From assembly GCA_010405405.1 (NCBI GenBank), contig MU004234.1, forward strand, positions 763,818 through 827,817: DNA of 64,000 nucleotides, in the 5' to 3' direction. Of this stretch, positions 1 to 13,258 are shown piece by piece. The notes below the pieces were generated by a model. It had not been told where the DNA came from. It ran no database searches and saw only the letters and a program-made list of their open reading frames with translations. Each line of letters starts with the position of its first letter. Positions within the stretch are counted from its first letter, which is position 1. The position numbers and the translations under genes were made by a program. Source of the DNA: Microthyrium microscopicum (Eukaryota).

Positions 1-3000
1 AAAAAATATATAATTAATAAACTACTAATATTCTATATTCTAAAGAAATATTTATTTATATTATATTAGAAGTTTTTTAAGCTACTAAGTTAACTTTACT
101 AATACTAGCCTATTATTAATACTATATTTAAGTTATAATAAAGGTTTTATTATATTTATAAAATAATTCTTCTTAGGCTTAATTATTACTTACTATTAAT
201 ACTATTTATATATACTCTTTTTCTTAAATAACTAGAAGCTTAGATTTAGACTAAGCTATTTATACTAATATATTCTTAGAGTAATCTCTTAATAAATAGA
301 TATTTAAGATATAAGAGAAAAGTCTATAAGGCAAAAAGGTAGCTTAAGAAGTTATAAAAGAAATTATTATATTTCTATTTTATTAGTCTAACTATATAAA
401 AAAAACTTATAGTAATAAGTTAAAGACTTATAACTAATAAGAGTAGTATAAATCTATAATATAGCTTATAAATTAAAAGTCTTAGCTTTTAAAATAAAAT
501 TAGCATTTTTAATTAAAGCTAATAATAAATAATTAGAAAATATAACTATTTATATTAAAGCTTAACTATTTATTATATTAGGATTATAAAGTTAAAAATA
601 GTAAGTTAGATTTATATAAGTTAGAATAAATAATTCTATTTTAGTATTCTAATACTTTAAATAGTACTATGTCTATAATCTTATTTTCTAATTAATATTT
701 AATTATACTTTATTAGAAAAATATTATTTTCTAGAACTCTAATTAAAGCTAATACTAATTAATAAGTATTCTTATTTTATCTAAATTAAGTATTAGTTAT
801 AATAAACTAACTTATATTTACTAAAGAAACTAAAAAGAATCTTACGCTTAAAGCTAAATATAAGTAAATCTTTACTACTAACTTCTTAAACTTTATTAGT
901 ATTTTTTATATTAACTTCTAAGCCTCTTTTTAAAGCTCTAGGGTAAATAAACTATTAATTTCTTAAACTTTTTAATCCTCTATTTCCTAAATTACTTTAT
1001 TAAATAATATTTCCTCTTAGAAGTTAAGATACTAAGTTATTAAATTTATAATTATTCTTTACTTTATCTTAATAAAAATAAGACTAGTACTAGGAAAATA
1101 ACTACTATATTTATAATAAGTTTAGAAATTTATTAGTATTAATTTTAGTATTAGCTTTATTATATCTTATAATTATTTTATAAAATAATTTTAGAAATTT
1201 CTTCTAAGTATAAGTTAATAGCTAATATCTATAGTTAAAGTCTATTAACTTTTAATCCTCTTTCTAATTCTCTATAGTATATAATCTAGTAAAGTCTAGA
1301 AAGTATTTCTTATATAGTATTAGTTAAATTTATATATACTAAGTATAAAAAACTTATATTAAGAGTTTTTATAAGAATAAGAATCTAAAAATAGTAATAG
1401 TCCTTAATAAGGCTAGTTTTCTTATTAGCTAAATTTCTAATAACGTAACTAATAAGAAAAACGTTATAAATAGCTTCTTACTATTTATAAGTAAAGTTAA
1501 CCTAAGAGAAAAATAAAATTTATAAATTACGCTCTTAGTAACTACGCTTATAGAGAAGTTAATAAAATTTTAGATTAAAGATAATTTAAGAAGCCTCTTT
1601 AGAAATAATATAGCTAGTAGTAATATTATAATTATAAGTAACGCTTTTATTAACGTTAACGTATATATTATACTACTTAGACTTCTTATACTTTATTTTT
1701 ATTAATTTTTAATAATAAGCTAATAAAGTAATAATAGTAAAATATAGTCTAGTTTAATAAATAGCATACTTAAGTTTCTAGCTAAGTAATTCTATAGATT
1801 TACTAGTATTAATACTAAGAAAAATTAATAAAGAAAATCTAATAGTAAAAAAGTATATACTACTCTTATCTAAAAAGTCTTATATAAGTAGAAAAAATAG
1901 TAATATATTAGTCTTTAGAAGCTTCTTAATATTCTATAGTCTTATACTCTTTATTATTTTTATAATTAATATAAGTATTATTATTCTTCTTAAGGTAATT
2001 ATATTCTATAGTATAGCTATTAAGATTAGTATAATAAGTATAATTCTTAATTACGTAAAGATTTTAAGATAATTAATTTATAAGCTTCTTAGTACTTATA
2101 CTAAGAGAATAAAGTTTTAAGAAGTTAAATAAGTATTAATTAAGCTAAGAAACTAAAACTAAGACTAATAGAAAAAATATAGGAATTATTATTACTAATT
2201 AAAAGAGAGTATATAAAAGAAATTAAAGTATATAAGTAATATAAAGTAGTATATACGTATAGTCTTTTAAGTAATACTCTTTAGAATATATTAATTCTAG
2301 TACTAGATTATAATACTCTTATTATTTTAAATTAACTCTACTATTACTTATTCTTCTTTATTACTTTACTCTTTTTAATTAATTAAGCTTTTAAAGTTTT
2401 AAATTATACTAGTTTAATACTTTAAATATTTTCTCTTTATAAAAAAATATTAAAAGATAGTTTTTAATAAGTAATAAGCTTACTTCTTACGTCTTTAAAA
2501 AATTTATTTATTCTTCTTTCTTTAACTTTTTCTACTTCTTTAAGATCTCTAAGTCTTTTTTACTTTTACTATCTAAACCTTTACTATTTTAAAGAGCTTT
2601 ATTACTACTATAATATACCTAAATAACCTTAATTCTTTTCTCTCTATACTTCTCTAGACTCTAATAAACTTTATAATACTCTAAACCTTCTTATATAACT
2701 TCTATAAACTATTCTAACCTAGTAATAACTTTTATAGCTTTTAAATTTCTTTATAAATTCTTTATAAACTACTCTAACCTAGTAGTAACTTTTATAGTCT
2801 TTAAACCTCTTTATACTATCTTTATAAACTACTCTAACCTAGCTATAACCTTTATAAACTTCTATATATTAATAGTAATCTTAATAAACTACTTTATACT
2901 AATAACTAACTTCTTAATGCTAATAAAACCTAGCTATAGCTTATAGAAACTATTATAAAAAAGCTTTAACTTATAGAAACTATTATAATTAGTAGAATAC

Positions 3001-3845
3001 TTATTATTATATATCTTAATATACTAAACCTAGTAGTAAGTTTTATACGCTTTATTTTTTTTATAAATATTAACTATAATACTAGTAAAGGCTCTATATA
3101 AAATCTACTAAATTTAGAAAGCTTATAATCTTCTAATTCCTAAAATACTATTTATAAAATTAGTTTATAAGATTTACGTTACGTTCTAAGGAACTTTTAG
3201 TAATAATAGTAGTTTAATAAATCTAAATACGTATTAGTAAAGTAGTATAATTTAATATTTATAAGAATTAGTAGAAGCTTATTTTATTATATACTTTAAA
3301 AGTAAGTTATACTTTTATTTTCTAGATTATAAGTTATTAATTTTTATAGATACTAATCTTTATATAATTTATATAAAGAGAGTAATAATCTAGTAAAAGG
3401 ATATAAACTTAATAAAAGCTCTATATACTAGCTAGGTTATAGACTATTAGATAAGTATTTAAAATTAACTAATAACTTTATTATAGAAAGGTAATTAGAA
3501 CTAGCAAACTTTAGAAAATAAGAAGAGAATTATAGTTATATAATTATTTATAAATAATAAAACTAATAAACTAATTCTAAATCTTAATTAATACTTTTAT
3601 AACTTACTAAAAAATTAGTAGTAAGATATAATTATTAAATACTATACTAAACTTTTTAGGTTAACCTAAATTATATAGTATTAGTCCTTTATTTAGGTTA
3701 TCTATTAATAAATATAATCTATAGGCTAGACTTATAGAAACCTAACCTATTTAGGTTAGGTCGTAATATTTCTAAAACCTAACCTATGCAGGTTATAAAA
3801 ATATTTAGAGAAACCTATACCTAACCCGACCCAACCCATGCCCTA
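1..3845. mobile_element. AT-rich, RIP-degraded transposon-derived block ending in a hAT-like terminus
   Basis: Very AT-rich, CpA/TpG strongly depleted and TpA enriched, no ORFs. The right end reads TAGGGCATGGGTTGGGTCGGGTTAGG on the minus strand from 3845, with subterminal (A)ACCYAACC repeats at ~3740-3840 and an abrupt switch to normal composition. Confidence 0.8.
2701..2900. repeat. ~60-bp degenerate tandem repeat within the RIP block
   Basis: tataaactaYtctaacctag recurs at ~2703, ~2763 and ~2823, with a weaker copy at ~2883. Confidence 0.6.
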
Positions 3846-4323
3846 GCATACTCGAGCCTGGATTAAGCTCATTCATACATCTTGGATTGACACTAGCTGC
3901 AACCAGACACTGGACGGTATCCAAGCATCCCTCCTTCGCTGCAACTCTGGCCATCTGGTTTGCTATGGTAAGCCCTTTGTCATCTAGCTTGGCCCCGGCC
4001 TCTATCAGAAAGCGGACAATATCGAGATGCATGTGGTCCACTGCAGTTAGAAGTGCATTCATTCGCGTCGGATTTCTTCCCCGGTCCAGTATTATGCTCA
4101 TGTCAGCGCCAGCCTGGACAAGACTTCTGGTAACCTCAAGATAGCCTTTGTTGCAAGCTGCAAGCAAAGCCGTTTCTTCACATTCTCCATGTCTTGAATC
4201 TAAGTCGGGTTTTGATATTTGAGTCAGGAGCTCATTAACGATATCAACGTTGTTTTCATTTACTGCTTCGAAGAGGCGTTCGCTTATTTCTATGTATCGA
4301 TTAGACTTATAATCCGCAAATGA
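3846..4323 (-). pseudogene. Ankyrin-repeat protein gene truncated at the 3' end by the repeat block
   Basis: Open frame from a probable CAG acceptor (~4324): RLFEAVNENNVDIVNELL...ETALLAACNKGYLEVTRSLVQAGAD...NALLTAVDHMHLDIVRFLIEAGA...VAAKEGCLDTVQCLV, i.e. 4 ankyrin-like repeats. The frame runs into the transposon terminus at 3845 and stops at 3805. The 5' exon is unresolved (possibly ~4340-4490). Confidence 0.75.
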
Positions 4324-7300
4324 CTGTGATCAATATCTCAACCTCTCGGTATTGGATCCTCGATGCTTGCAGATGGGTCCGGCGCCGTAGCGACGTGAGC
4401 TGAAACAGAGTCCGACGCAGTAACGTTTGTGATAGAAGGAATAATATAACCAGAGGCGGAAGGAGGATCAGAGTCTGTCAAAGACATCGCGATGGCCGAA
4501 TCAAGTCGAAAAAGAATGCTTAGTGAAAGACTTAACAATGGAAGGATTATCAAAAATGCTTCTCGGAGCTCATCACCAGAGAAGTCGGGCGAAATTTGGG
4601 TGACCATTCATATTGGCGCTACTTCTGTGCTTCGGTACACAGTGTAGATGTTACAGTTACAATTGGCTTGTATACAGCTCTTTCTGGTTAGCAACGTACG
4701 AAAGAGCCCGTAGAAATCAAGTACCATGGTATACAAGATCTAATAGTGACTCCCAAAATGCTGCTCTCCTCGTAATCCTCGAAGCAAGTCAGTTCTTGAG
4801 CCTGTCTTGCTTTCCGAAGGATGTAGAGAAAACTCCCGAGTGCCCACGAGGTCGAGATATTCGCGCGTCAAATTTAAACCCTTCAATATGTCATTACCAT
4901 AGCGTGATCGATAAAAAAATAATGCGGCTCCGGATGCCGTACTTTCCGACTCCTATGAAGGTTAATTATACTTCGAGTCGCCTGATTGCCCGTCTTCAAG
5001 AGTGTAACCGACAAGTCCTTAACTTCCAGATTCACCACTTAGCAGCCATGAGCCAGCAATCATCTCCACTAGATCTAACTAGTTCGCCAACCCATTCATT
5101 CAAGAAGACGTCCTACCTAGTAGTCACTCATCGAGCCCAGAGACTGCTCACTAGCAGCCTAGCATCGTGACTTAGCACATGCTATAACCTCAACGAATGG
5201 ACTAGAGTTTGATGGCACGAGTATCTATGAACTTTGTTCTATACCTCTATCCGACTTCCTTCTTCGTTAAGATTTGCTTTGAGAATTCCCAGTACAGCTG
5301 TTTGACTGAAATGCCAATAATGTCTATTATTACTTACATGCGCTGTCGTATCATCAAGTATCCTAGTCATACGCTATTCACATATTCCTTGGCCGAAATA
5401 TCAACAACATCAGAGCACAGCCAGAATTTTACTGTCCCTAAAGATATTTCTCATCATCAATTTCATCACGTAAAGCACGCCGTTGCGCTGACGGGACGAA
5501 CCTTTGACAGGGAGGACGGTACTGGCGAAGATGAGACATATGTGGATGATTTGATCGAGTACGGAGGGCGTGCAAACGCGGTTGATGAAGAGAGAGTTCA
5601 CTAACACGGTAGTAGTACTGGCGACAAGATGACATAGTTGATATGTGTTGTCATTTCTAATTTGGACGGTTCCCAGAGACAAAAAGGTCTTTTCGGATTT
5701 ATAACAGCTGCTTGTACACTTTTCTTAGGAACCGCAATTTTTCCGGCGTGGAGGAAGGGATTTGACATATAATGTAGGCAGATAATGGTGAATGATGAGG
5801 TGGATTGACAAGTTTTCTGGCTTTATAATGGCTCGTTTGCTGTTTTATTGAGTAGTGTGATATTGCTAATATACCCTTCTCTATGGAACGATAACGCTGG
5901 ATGCGAAGGAATTTGGCTACGTTCATGGGAGCTACTTCAATACTTTACCTTGGTTTATATTGTGCTAGCGTGAACCATTTTTGATGGTATCTGGGAGTCT
6001 GGTAGAACCAGAAAAAAAATCCGATATCTGGTAAACGGGAGCAGCCAAGCTGAGGAGCGACCGCAAATTAGTTTTACCGCAGTGGCAAACTGGAATTGCG
6101 AAAGAACCAGAAGCTTCTACGACATTCACCTGATACACACTCTCATTGACTGAGTCATTTCAGGTGCTGAGGCAGGTAAAGGTCGCCTGAACCAACCGCC
6201 CAAGCTTTCAGATACCGGCAATGACATCAAGCTCCAGTCACCAGTCAGGTGGAGACATTGACACCTCATGACGCTAACGAGCTTTTCAAACGCTCATTCA
6301 ATCGCAGAATGTTTGTCCAGCTCCATGGCAACCATCTCCCTCTCAACGCACAATCACCCTCACTTTGAGCCAAAATATCCGATACAGAGCCGCATCTCAC
6401 GTTTCGCAACAGCGGCTCGCAAGTTCATCGCGCCAGTTCCAGAATCTCCATTGGGTTCATTGGGAAGAGTGGGTCCAGTTGTTTTCCAAGGCCTCGAAGA
6501 TTGCGCGGTCCCCGCAGGCTGACGCACTGTGCTGTTGACGCCAGCGCCTCTTCAGCAGTAGGTTTCCCAGCACTCTATTGCCTCTCGGAGCATCGCTTAA
6601 CCTTGCACAGATATATTTTTGCCGATGCGTCCTTCACTTGTCCGTTGGAAGGCCCTGCGCATACCATCTGATGCGATGCAGCGGTCCTACGAGGCTTTGC
6701 GCATGCGCCGTACTTGCCACAGTCCGATCTCCAATGCAATCCGAAGCGCGATATCAGTCCTGGTCAGAGAGTCCTTCACATAGGTTGTGCGCATTGCGAT
6801 GGTGCGGATGTTGTGGTGTGGTGTGTTGAGTGGAGGGTTGCAGTTGGAAGGAGAATGGGGCAAATACGAACGGCAAAACGCACGACAAGATGAACGACGC
6901 AGGTCTTCCAGCGACTAGAAAATGCACGTCAGCAGAAAATGGTTGCAGATGTGCGAGAGAAACGAGAGAAGATTCAATTTCGTAAAATGCAACAGGCGGA
7001 TTTCCGGTTGATGGCAGAGAATGACTGCTGTTGATACCAAATATGTCCATGGACATGCAGCATGTCGTATATATACGCCAAAGATATAATACCTCTCACT
7101 CAAGCTAGATGGGTGTGAGAGAAATAAGTCGAGCGGCAGAGAGAAAGTTGGAAAGAGGGAAAAAGTTGTAGAGCTGAGGTTGGAAAGAACGGAGGGGGAA
7201 GACCCTCACTATATGTAGTAGGCACATAGGCAAGACAGGGTTGACCCTGGTTCCTCAAGGTCCAAGCCTCCAAGGTCCATTTAATTGGTCCAAGGGATAC

Positions 7301-7556
7301 GAGTTGGCACTTGGCACTTGGCACTCAGAAATACTAGCAGGTACTGTACAGTAGTAGCCTATAGGCTGTAGCCTATAGAGTAGCATAACAGGTAGCTTGT
7401 AGCTTGTAGCTATAAGCTTATAGCTTATAACCTGTACTCCATAGTATGTACTATGTACATGCCAAGACCATGCATGGTAGACTATTTTGATTTTGACTGA
7501 ATATCACTTGAACCTTGGTTGAAGGTTCTCACTAAGGTTCTGGGCAACCTCAACTT

Positions 7557-7614
7557 TGAGAAATTAAGAAATTGAGAAATTGAGAAATTGAGATATTGAG
7601 ATATTGAGATATTT
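7557..7614. repeat. 8-bp microsatellite (GAGAWATT)n
   Basis: About 7 copies of gagaaatt/gagatatt. Confidence 0.8.
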
Positions 7615-8082
7615 AAAGGCTGTCGGCCATCTTGTTACTTGTACTTCATCTTGATTGTTACCTTATACTTATCAAGTTATCATTTGATGTTTTCAACTTG
7701 ACACTACGCTCGTCAACAACATCTTGATCTCCCTCAAACTGTTCAGGAAGCACCCGAAGCACCACTGACTACTCCGTACTAGGTAGTGACCAGCCAAGCC
7801 ACCTGCTCCTGCTCGGCGTGCTCGCTAGCTTTTACTAGTCTGAAGTCATCGCCATTCGCTCCTTCCCAGTGATCCACATCAAAGATTAAAGATCAAAGAG
7901 TCCGTTCCATTTCGTCTACGGTCTACCCCACTACTTCTACCTCACCTCCAGGCTTTTTTGTCCTCAACTCCTAAACTCCTCAACTCCTCAACTCCTCAAC
8001 TCTACTCACCTGTTCAACACACTGTCATTTCTTGAACTTGTCAAGTACCCCTCACCCACCAATCCACCAATCCACCGCAGCA

Positions 8083-9240
8083 ATGAGGTTGACAAATCAT
8101 CGGACAAATCATCATCCCCCTGGCTTCCGAACCTCGCCCATCAAGAAGCTCTGGGAGGCCGCCATCACTGACGTTGTTGCTCTGATAAACGACATGCTAG
8201 ATACCACTTTAGTCTCCTTCAAGATCGAATTCCAAGGTATGACTAGTGATATTCGCGAATTCGGCATCGCCATCCTACCACCTACCAATGAAGGACTCCG
8301 CTTCCGTCCAGGAAGACATGAAGTCTACCAGGACAACAATATTGAGGCCTTCACTTACAAATTACACGACACAGCAACCATCCAAGATCCCCGAAATTAT
8401 CAACGCGAGCATTTCCTACATGGCTCAGTTACTGTCACAAACAGTCACCAAGAAACTGGTCAAGCGATTGAGAAAGTGCTTGCTCCCTTTCAGGAACGCG
8501 GACAAAAAACCATCCTTGTTGGCTACAATTTGTCTCGTGAGTTCAAATGGCTATCCAAACACTGTCCAGATCTCGCAAAGAAATTCGATGCCTGGCTGGA
8601 TATCTTCGAGCTTGTGCATCCTGATAAACAAATTAAACCTCCTTCATACCGCAATGTTCTCCGCGGCATGGGAATACTCGACAATAGCCACCTCTTCAAT
8701 CACCGCAACGCAGCCAACGACGCAGTACGAAATCTCGCTATTCTCGCTGGCTTTATGCAAGGCCGTCAAGTTCAGCCCGAAAAATTCAAAGGAAGTAAAC
8801 CGAAATCCCAACACAAACAGGAGGAACGGGCGGCTTTATCTGCCTCCAAGGCTGCTCTCCACTCGGAGGCTTGCAAGAAAACTTCACTCGCCTGGAAGGA
8901 TCCTACCGACAAGAGGGTTCCTTGCAAGCAAATGGTTTTCTCTTATGACAAGGAAGGTCAATTCGTCGAGGCTGATGCTGATTGCTACCCGCCGTCTCCT
9001 GTTTTGACGTCTTTACGCGCCAGGGAGGTGTGTCACGACGATGTCCGCCTCCTCCTTGGAATGCACTGGTTCTTGCTCGACGAGAAATCGCCGGATGAGA
9101 GACTACCAAACGAGGGGGAGCCTTTGTACATGATGCCTCTCTTGACTGCTGAGGTACCCTCCATGCCGAAGACCAAGTCCAATTCCCGTGCAAAGAAGAA
9201 CTTGTTGCGCGAGAAAACTTCGATCGAGCAGAAAGCCTAG
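8083..9240 (+). CDS. QIP/Gfd2(YDR514C)-like DEDD-fold exonuclease homologue; degenerate motif I, possible premature stop
   Basis: LVSFKIEF (where DxE is expected), IREFGIA, EHFLHG, ILVGYNLSREFKWL, WLDIFEL and NHRNAANDAV match the layout of fungal QDE-2-interacting-protein-like nucleases. The frame continues past TAG 9238-9240 to 9642. Confidence 0.6.
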   Translation: MRLTNHRTNHHPPGFRTSPIKKLWEAAITDVVALINDMLDTTLVSFKIEFQGMTSDIREFGIAILPPTNEGLRFRPGRHEVYQDNNIEAFTYKLHDTATIQDPRNYQREHFLHGSVTVTNSHQETGQAIEKVLAPFQERGQKTILVGYNLSREFKWLSKHCPDLAKKFDAWLDIFELVHPDKQIKPPSYRNVLRGMGILDNSHLFNHRNAANDAVRNLAILAGFMQGRQVQPEKFKGSKPKSQHKQEERAALSASKAALHSEACKKTSLAWKDPTDKRVPCKQMVFSYDKEGQFVEADADCYPPSPVLTSLRAREVCHDDVRLLLGMHWFLLDEKSPDERLPNEGEPLYMMPLLTAEVPSMPKTKSNSRAKKNLLREKTSIEQKA

Positions 9241-9976
9241 AAGGCTCTCCACTCGAAGGATCGCCACCAAAAGGCTTCTCGCAAGGTTGTTCGCAAGGTT
9301 CTAGATTTGAAGTCCGGTTCTCACTCCAAGTATGGTGTTCTCCCTGCTGAGACTCATCGGGTCCCAATGTCCCCCAAAAAGCATACCCTTACGCCTCCAA
9401 GAAGCTCTTCGCCTGAAAAAAAACAGGCACCTTACGAGTCGCCTCCACTGTCCGACGCTTCAGTCAAGGGAATCGAGATGCTGAACTCTTCGTCGCCTAC
9501 CAGCCTGACTTCTACTTCCGGTTCCAAGTCTTCTAACACTTCATGTTCATCTGACGAGGCTCTGCCTGCATTTTCCAAGTCGATTACCTCTCAACGAGCC
9601 ATGTTGAAGAAGAAGAAGCAGATGGAGCAGCTGGAGGAGTAGCAGATGACGAAAGATGTCGAACTGTCTTCTGAATGAGTTTTAGGGATGGAATGAATAG
9701 TATTATGTAAACCCTCAGTGATGGAATGGTGGATGGCTTCACAAACCTAGACTCGTAGAAGCCCTTTGTTGTTAACAAAAAATATCAAATCCAAAAAAAA
9801 AACCTGAAAGCTGTGCATGTGAACAAGTAATAAATTGAGTAAAGTTTGCAAAGGAATCAACACAATTGTAAATCCGGCATAATCATTCCAATTATAGGGC
9901 CGTAGCAATTATATTGTTATCTTGATCTCAATACTTGTAAAAGTTTTCCATAGCTTTGCACGCCTCTCATGCATCA

Positions 9977-12900
9977 TCATCCCCTGCCATGGATTTTCAA
10001 CTGCTCCTTCATCATCGCCACCAAATCTTTACTCTTGAACGGTTTCGACATGACGGTATCCTAAGAGGTCAAAAAACCTTTATTAGCCTTGGCAAAAATC
10101 TTCTCACACCTCATTCTTCCACAAGTACACCACACACATCACCCTCATAACCGCCAACCTGCAACCTCACCACACCCACACAAACAAGCAAGACAAGTCC
10201 ACAGGAATAAAAGAGAACGCAATCAACATACCGAACCAGCCGCTACCATCTCCTCCCTCTGCTCAACCCTCGCATTTGCTGTGACGGCAATAATTGGCAC
10301 ATGGCGTTTCAAAAGGCCCTTGTTTTGCATACTGCGTATTCGGCGGGTACATTCTAGACCGCCCATTATGGGCATTTGGGCGTCCATTAGGATTATATCT
10401 AGCGGAATTTTTTGCACTTCTGCTACAGTTTCTTCTTGCACTTCTTCTCCTATTATGTCTGTTTTGGGGTGGCTGGTGATGCTCTGTTCGGTGGCGTCAT
10501 TCCCATTCCCTCCAGTCGTATTTGCGTAGCAGGAGAATTTCGGTAGGAGGGATAATGCGTCTGCGCCGTGGTTGGCGGTGTGGACTATGCAGTTTAGGCG
10601 CTGGAGTTGTTTGCGCAGAACGGTCTGGTTTACTAGGTTGTCTTCTACTAGGAGGACGTGTATCGGGACATCATCGTCGATTTCTTGGGCGGCGGGAAGG
10701 CTTTCTGGCGAACGGACTGGCGTGCGGGACATGGGGATTTGGGATTTGATGGGGCCTTTTGAGTGAGGAGATGTATGGAGAGCGGTGGGTGCTCGGCGGA
10801 CGAGAATGTAGAAGATGAAGGTGCTTCCCTGCCCGGGCGCGGAGCGAATGCCGATTTCACCTCCTTGTTTCTCGGTAAGTTGTTTGGATATGAAGAGACC
10901 GAGGCCGGAGCCGCCGTAGAAGACGTGGGTTTTGATGTTGGCTTGTTTGAAACGTTCGAAGATGCGGGATTGTTGGGCTTGGTCGACGCCTATGCCGCTG
11001 TCTTTGACGCTGAATGTGAGATATATCTGTTCGCCGTCGCCCCATTCTTCGCGGAGGGTGGCATCTTCTGCTTTGTCACCCTTTTCGGCCCAGTGAGTGT
11101 CTGTAGGGAAGGATAGGCGTGGGTGGGTTTTGCAGGCGCCATATTGGACTTTGATGTGTCGGTTAACTTCATTTTTGACGAATTTTATGGCGTTCGTAAG
11201 AAGGTTTATGAGGATTTGCGTTATGCGTGATGCGTCTGCTAGGACTTGGTCGATTTCTAGTTGTGCGTATGAGGGGTGCGCGACGAGTTGGAGGGAGATG
11301 TTGCTATATTCCATTTCTTTGGCGAACATGGCGATGATGGATTCGGTGAGACTTTCTAGGAGGACTACGCGTGGTGTTATGGAAAGCATTTCGGATTCCA
11401 TGCGGCCTAGAGTCAAGACGCTGTCGATAATGTAGCGTTGATGTTCAACGCAGGTTTCGATGATACGTGCCGCAGATACATTCTCGGTCAAGGCATCGAC
11501 ATAAGGCTGTGGTATAGAAGTATGATCATGAAGGTCCTCGAATGAAGTGATAATGCTATCCACGCAATGAACTATTGCGGAGAGAGGATTTCTCATTTCA
11601 TGGGATACGATATCGATGAAGGCTTCTTGTTGGCGTTTTGCTTCTTGGGCATCTTTTGCAATTCTTGCTTGCCATGTTTCTGCCCACTTTAAGCGACTAA
11701 CATCAGTGGCACATGCCATGACAGATCGTACAGTATCATTCTCTCGATAAGGGAAAGCAAGAAGTAAGACCGTTGCTGGGACTGAGTCGCCAATAGGTGG
11801 GACGTATGGACGCTTGAGTCTGACTTCAGCTGAAACACGCTCTTCGCCATTTACGACTTGTTGCCAGGCATTTTCTGCAATGGGCAAATCCTCTTCCAAG
11901 ACGAATTGAAAGATACCATAGTCGTGTTGTAGTTCCGTTGGTTCTTGTTCAACCATTGCAAAGTATTGATTGTTCGCCCATATAGTTGTACCATCCACGA
12001 GAAGATGAACCATTGCGACAGAAGCATGTTGTACGAGATGTTGTATTTTGATATCGCTATTTGCAAGATCTCGCTCGAGCCGTTCCTGCCGGCGCCTGGA
12101 TTGTGTGACACTGACTGCCAAAGTCATGACACCGGATACCATTCTACTCAAGTCCTGAAGAAATTGAGTGTTTTGTTCGTCAAGCAACAAGGGATTGGTC
12201 CCAGTGATGAGAAAACCAAGAAGGCGAGTTCCAGAGGAGAGTGGGATGATAGCAACGCTCCTAGATGGTCCTCCTGGGCCTCTCCAAATAATATCATGGA
12301 ACATTTCGTTTACGGTAAATACCATGGGCGTTCCTCTTGATCGTGCTAGTCGGCACAAGGGAATAAGTCCTTTCGAACTGCTCCAGCTTTGACCATCCAC
12401 CAAAAGGGGGTGTTCTTCCGGTACTCCCAATTGACCGCGAAGATGAAAGACGTTTTCCGGTTCATCTTCACCATCCAGCTGATACATAATGGCCATTGTG
12501 ATATCATTCTCATTAGTTTCCAGACAATCCATTACATGTCTACAGACACTTTCAGTAGTAAGGTTTGTTGATGAAGCAATCCGGTTAAGCACTGCAGTTC
12601 TTCTGTCATTGATCTTCTGCTTCGTCACTTCGAAAAGGGCATTGTAAAATCCAACGATCTCGCCTTCACTATCTCGAATGGGAGTGAAATTGCCAGTAAA
12701 AAATGTCTCTTCAGGATATCCATTTCGTTCCACAGTCATAGGCGCCTCTATAACATCCGCTGCTGCACCCGTACTCGTCGCCAATTCAAAGAGTGGACCG
12801 ATTCCTTGCCATATTTCGGGGAAACCTTGCTTAAAGGTAGAGCCCATGAGAGATGGATGGGTTTTGCCGGCTAGAGGTACAAAAGCCTCGTTGTATATCG

Positions 12901-13258
12901 GGACATATTCCGGACCCCTATGACGTGCATGTTAGAGCTTGAGAGCGTGCTAGAGAACCATATCCTACCAATACAGCGTTGCTGGACGCGAATCTGCGAT
13001 AACTTGATAAAATGATTGTCGCAAACCGGGCGGCCAATTTTCTATGGGTCCGACATGTGTTTTTGACCAATCAACTGATTTTATGAAACGGATATGGTCG
13101 GTATCTGGCAGGAATCGTGTCCAGGAATTCTTATCATTTCGAGTCTCTTTGGATGTATGCGTATCTTGAGGCAAATCGGGCGGGGGAGCTTCTGAGCCAG
13201 CCTCGACAGTATCGACGAGGGAAGCTCCAGCTAGAGCCGCATCAATTGAAGAAGTCAT
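9977..13258 (-). CDS. Hybrid sensor histidine kinase (PAS/GAF-like sensors, HisKA, HATPase, receiver)
   Basis: H-box SHEMRNPL, N-box NLLTNAIKF, DSGIG, GGSGLGL, receiver LLVEDN and ILMDAQMP. Exons ~13258-12968, ~12918-10232 and 10060-9977 (last exon DTVMSKPFKSKDLV...), with GT-AG introns. Confidence 0.93.

Noticed and set aside
4613..7324. Several short ORFs between the ankyrin and nuclease genes
   Set aside because: No recognisable motifs or consistent splice model.
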